Assembly: GCA_973895155.1 (NCBI GenBank)
Contig: OZ316892.1
Span: 124,001 to 188,000 of the forward strand
Source: Marsupella aquatica
Taxonomy: Eukaryota > Plantae > Marchantiophyta
Direction: 5' to 3'
DNA: 64,000 nucleotides
Part shown: piece after piece, positions 59,315 through 64,000 of the stretch
Position numbering within the stretch: the stretch's first letter is position 1
Layout: the number at the start of each line of letters is the position of its first letter
Program-made: the position numbers and the translations under genes
Notes under the pieces: generated by a model
The model's input: the letters and a program-made list of their open reading frames with translations, nothing else
Database searches by the model: none
Told to the model about the DNA's origin: nothing

Positions 59315-60003
59315 TCAAGTGTAGTGTAATGTTTTCCAAAATGCAAGTACATGTACTGATGTACGATGAAAATCCTTAATGACCTTGACTACCATACGTA
59401 CTTGTTTCCCTAGGTTGAATTCCTTTGCAATGGTAGGCATTTCGACACCCTCTTCTATTTCACACCCTCTCCGTTTGACATCGCCAATGTTGAGGATTTC
59501 CAGGAGCTCTTTCGCGTTTAGCGCCGCATAGACATTGATCCAGTGACCATGGAGAAAGGAAAGCAAGTCTTGTGTGAGAGAACTTCCAGCCTCACAAAGT
59601 TGGAAGGCAAAGCTCCAATTGATTCTCTGGCCTTAGAGGTCCCCATCGATGAGACTCCTCGCCCTGTCACCTCAACTGAGAGGAATTGACTATGGCTGGC
59701 CTTGGACGAGGGATAAGCCTTCGAGCAAAACCAGATTCATGCCCTGATTTGTCTCCTCCCCGGTCTTTCAGAGAACGGTTCTCTATTCATGATCCGGATC
59801 CTTCCGATGTCTAAAGGGTTGGACGGACGGCATTTTTCAGGGGCATTCAACAATGGACCGGGCGAGTCGGATTTTCTGACTCCAACATTCCAAATTTCAG
59901 GCTGAGGAGTCGCCTTCCAGGACCGCATTTTTTTGCTGAGCGGGAGGATGGATTTTGCCAAGACAAGGATTGCTTCAATGCGGGAGTTGATGATGAGTGT
60001 CAT
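59315..60003 (-). pseudogene. Small third gene of element B resembling the transposase Cys-rich linker domain
   Basis: PEIWNV...PGP...C...*IWFCSK...AGSSLTQDLLSFL vs transposase PGQWQL...GPQC...IWFCPN...KGTSLSPSEITFL. Confidence 0.45.
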
Positions 60004-61043
60004 TCATCGACGTCCTGAGATTGTTGGAAAGATGGAGTCTTCTTAAAGACTTTTGCGATAGTAGCGCCCGACGCTACCGCCATCAAAGATTGAAGGTGTT
60101 AGGTTGTAGTGTCGGTTCTCCATGTTTTCTTGAGAGCTTACTACATCCCAGTTCCTTAGCCTTTTTTTTAGCTTGCGGTATCTCTTAAGATTTTAGAGCT
60201 TGAAGGCAGAATAGGTATCGTCGTTGGGCTTTGTGTTTTTGCTACCATGTAACACACATTTTGTGACACACATTTAAAGTAGCGCCAGGCGCTACTAATA
60301 TACTCGGCATTTTTATACACACTTTTTATTGATGGATGTCACAAACATTGTGTAAATTTCCTCACTTATTTTACTGTTACCATTTCCTGTTTCCTATTAC
60401 TGTTTCCTGTTTCCTGTTTCCTGTCACAGCAAAAAACCTCTTACCAGAAGACTGCACCCCAATGTTGAGTGAATAAGGAAATGAGATGATTAGTCGAAAA
60501 GGATTGTTTGGCTTAGCTGTGATTTTGTGAAGTAGAACAGTAAGTCAGGATGCTGAATTTTGCGTATCTAGAAGTTTCGGAGGGGCTCTATCAAGCTAAC
60601 GATGATATTTGTTAGCTATGAATTATTATATATGATAAGTTGTAATGAGGTTTTTCACGATGGGACGGACTGAGATCATGAAAAGTTTTCAGTTGGAACT
60701 ATGGATTACTCATCGTGAACTATATATAGTTATGAAGAATTCGAGGAGTATTATTGGCCAGTTGTGGTGGGAGTATTTGATGAATGGAATAGTGTGGTTA
60801 GGTGCACAGCAGCGGAAGTGGTGGGCGCGCCCCAAAACTAGTGTAAATTAGGTATCGGATGAGAGAATTGAAATTGCTTGTTAACAAAATGAAAGGAAAT
60901 CTTGAAAAAGAATTAGTACACCTAGTGAAAATTTAAATTAACTGTGTGCAAGTTCCAAGTGGAATGGGCAATTGCACATATAAGAGGTGAGAAATGAAAA
61001 TGGACTATTGAAAGCTCAGGATTTAATCACTTAATGATACATT

Positions 61044-64000
61044 TGTTATAACTCAAAAATACTATGAAATTATGATTCTCCTTCTTTGATCAATCGAATA
61101 AGTAGAAGATGACTCAAAATGGAGGAGTCTCTTCTATACAATATGGTTAGGGTAGTTATTCCTAAGCATACCCTTTGGATTCTCTAATCATATCCTTTAA
61201 GGTCTCCTTTAAGGATTATCCATATATTACAACACTCCCCCTAGATTGCTAAAATTGATAATTGTTTGCAATCTTAATGAGTAATATTGGGGGAATCCTA
61301 TATTAACCTCTTTGTAGCATTTGATCATCAGGTGTAACCTCATTAAAAACCCGCTGCTTTCTTCTCGGGAAAAGAATGTTACCACTTACATGTATAGATC
61401 AAAAGTTATCAGGTTAATTGTAAGTGTATTTGTGACCTAATGTATGGAAATCCTAATACGATAGGATGTCTAAGTGTATGTCTCGAATGGAATACTGGTT
61501 GGTTTCTTCATGTTTAGGGCGGATCTTTGAGTGTGGAAAGTCGACGTAGACCTATTCCTTCACAATGTGCGTTATGTAAGTGTCGGGGTAGCGGCTTTGT
61601 GAATATGTCGGCATGGTTTTCGTTCGAAGGGATCCAGATGACGTTTACTTGATCGCCATGTTGCTCGGCGGTGTAAAAGAATTTTGGGGCGATGTGTTTA
61701 ATGCGGTCACCCTTGATGAATCCCATGCTGATTTGATTCACGCAGGGTCGATTGTCTTCGTAAATTGTTGTTGGTGCTGTTAGTGGGGGGGATCCGGCTG
61801 ATGTATGAATGTGGTCAAGTAATTGGCGAAGCCAGATGCATTCGCGACAAAGCTTCGTATAGGGCAATGACTTCAGCGTGATTTGAAGAAGTTGTGGTAA
61901 GTGTCTGCTTAGTGCTCTTCCAGGAGATTGCCGTCCCTCCTTGCAGAAACACGTATCCGGGTTGAGATTTGGAATCATCAGGGTCGGATAAGTAGCCTGC
62001 ATCAGTATAACCAACAAGTTCATTAGCGCTTGTATTAGAGTAGTATAGTCCCATATCGATTGTGCCTTGTAAATACCTGAAAATTTGCTTTATGCCATTC
62101 CAATGGCGAATGGTTGGCTGAGAGCTGTGTCGAGCGAGCATACTGACTGCGAAAGCTATATCTGGTCACGTCTGATTAGCAAGATACATGAGGGCCCCAA
62201 TTGCAGAGAGGTATGGTTTCTCTGGTCCGAGCGTTACTTCTGAATCCGTTTTCTTATGAAAGATGTCTTTTGTAGGATCAATAGAGCGAAGGTCCATCGG
62301 TGTGGTCACTGGGTAAGATTTATCCATGTTAAATTGTTTTAACACTTTGCGAGCGTATGTAGATTGATGAATGAAGATCCCACCAGGTAAAATTTCTATT
62401 TGTATACCCAGACAGTAAGAAGGTTCACCGATATCTTTCATCTGAAATATATTCTTGAGAGATGAGATCGTATTCGAAGTAATCTTTGGAGTTCCGAATA
62501 TACTGATGTCATCAACGTAAATCGCCAGGATGACAAATTCTTGTTCGATATGCTTAATAAATAAGCAAGGAGCTATTTCATTGTTAACAAACCCAAGTGC
62601 TAGCATTTCCGCTTTAAAGCGTTGGTACCATATCCGTCCGCTCTGTTTAAGGCCGTATATCGAGCGAAGGACTTGTACAGCAAGTTTACTTTGAGGTTTC
62701 TTTCTGCTGATCTGTCTGTGCACTGATATAGCATGTAGCTCTGTTTGTTTCATAGAAACAGCTTGGGTTGTTGTGCTTATATGGCCAGTTCGATCTGATT
62801 CAAGTTCTAATGCTTGATTCATCAATGTTAATTGCAAAGTTGTGGGCACTATCTGTGTAATGCCCGCTTTTAGATCGGGAGATAGTGGCAAAGTTCTCTC
62901 CCCCTGAATATCTGAATGAGTTCAGGTGGAGTCTGCATGTATATATCTGTGTCTAAGGTGCCATAAAGATATGCTGTCACGACATCCAAGAGATGTAAAG
63001 TTAGTCTGTGAACCAAAGAGAAAGCAATTAAGTAACGATAGGTAATGGTGTCCATGACTGGAGAATATGTTAGATCATAGTCCTGTCCCCATATCTGTGT
63101 ATATCCCTTGGCAACTAAACGTGCCTTATGTCGGATGATTTCTCCTTGAGCATTCCTTTTTGTGACCAGGATAATTCTATATCCTGTTAGATGTTGAGCA
63201 GATGTTGGGTGACTAATTTGACCAAATACTTGGCGAGAAATCAAGGAATCGAGCTCTGAATTTATTGCTTTATTCCATAAGGGCCAGTCCTCGCGTTGTT
63301 GAGCTTCACAAACTGTGCGAGGATCGGCTAACTCTGAAGAGATGGTCTGTGATATCATCAGTGCAAAACAGTCATTCATTTCTGTATCCTGTCGATTCCA
63401 TATATTTCCGGTGACTGCATAGTTGAGGGAGATTTCTTCATATTCATTCTGCTGTGGTACGTTTGATGTCATGGTAAGTAGTGTGGTAGGAGGACGTTTA
63501 TTGCTTGCTGGTTTGTTCTTAGAACCAGGAGGACGTCCTCTCTTTGTTTTGGGTGGTACATGATTAGCTAATTGTTCATCAATGGTTATACGTGCAGGGA
63601 TGTTGGCTGCTTCAATATGTGATTTCGTCATCTGTGCAGCGTCATTGAACACATCTGGCAGTTTTTCCATAATTTGGTGAAGGTGTAGTATCCTTTTGAC
63701 CTCATCGTTTGCTAATGGTGTTCTTGGATCATTCCAGAAGGGATTTTGTGTTTGCCATTGTAGTTGAGTTGGCTTAGGCGTAACTGGGAGGTTCACTGTG
63801 CTAAGGGTAGGAAATATATCTTCTCGGAATTGACAATCATTGTAGCAAGCTCTAAAGGTGTCTGCAGTTGTTGGTTCTAGATATCTAATTATAGAAGGAG
63901 AGTCAAAACCAATGTATATACCTCTGTGTCTTTGAGGTCCCATCTTGGTCCTCTTGGGTCCCAATATGGGTACCATGACTAAGCAGCCAAAGATTTTGAG
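61044..64000 (-). mobile_element. Ty1/copia retrotransposon, Bianca-like, 3' part (runs off the window)
   Basis: INT-RT-RH order on the minus strand; PPT AGGGGGAG (61235-61242) abutting an approximately 191-bp LTR TGTT...AACA (61044-61234). Confidence 0.88.
61514..63976 (-). pseudogene. pol: Copia pol (integrase C-terminus, RT, RNase H), frameshifted
   Basis: KMGPQRHRGIYIGFDSPSII, KARLVAKG, LDVVTAYLYG, RSIYGLKQSGR, YVDD, GYTDAGY, IYEDN, GFIKGDRIKHIAPKFF (Bianca-type signatures). Confidence 0.92.

Larger units (their letters stand above)
3923..60440. mobile_element. Mutator-like DNA transposon 'B' (about 10.5 kb after removing nested insertions), degenerate
   Basis: Exact 8-bp TSD TTACCAGA at 3915-3922 and 60441-60448. 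Inverted ends GTGACAGGAAACAGGAAACAGTAAT (3936-3960) vs ATTACTGTTTCCTGTTTCCTGTTTCCTGTCAC (about 60396-60427). Transposase pieces join across the nested LINE. Confidence 0.85.

Noticed and set aside
18894-60294. Palindromes as CRISPR repeats, REP elements or terminators
   Set aside because: Irregular spacing, only 15 bp, intronic location in a eukaryotic context, no cas genes and no U-tails.

Overview
Eukaryotic (plant-like, probably a seed-free land plant, by inference) heterochromatic window made almost entirely of nested transposable elements; no host gene, RNA gene or CRISPR array was recognised. Target-site duplications (TSDs) resolve the nesting. An old LTR element (LTR 1552-3243 + PBS) is interrupted by a Mutator-like DNA transposon 'B' (3923-60440, 8-bp TSD TTACCAGA). 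B contains (i) a very young, intact Ty3/gypsy (3983-18758) whose 4079-bp LTRs each carry a 618-aa ORF, (ii) an L1 LINE (19220-39780) that holds a MITE and a second Mutator-like element 'A' of the same family (26124-39440, TSD CTTTCAGA), and (iii) gene-carrying solo LTRs. A Bianca-like Ty1/copia closes the window. Main finding: elements A and B (plus a third fragment at 975-1550) pair a GCM-like/DDE/SWIM transposase head-to-head with a spliced gene encoding a ParB/Srx-like domain (DGNHR) fused to a beta-class N4C/N6A DNA-methyltransferase-like domain. About 31 copies of a 15-bp palindrome (TAGCGCCNGGCGCTA) lie only in their introns, divergent promoter and flanks, suggesting a ParB/parS-like or VANC-like self-recognition system. 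All coordinates were read by eye; functions are inferred from motifs without database searches.
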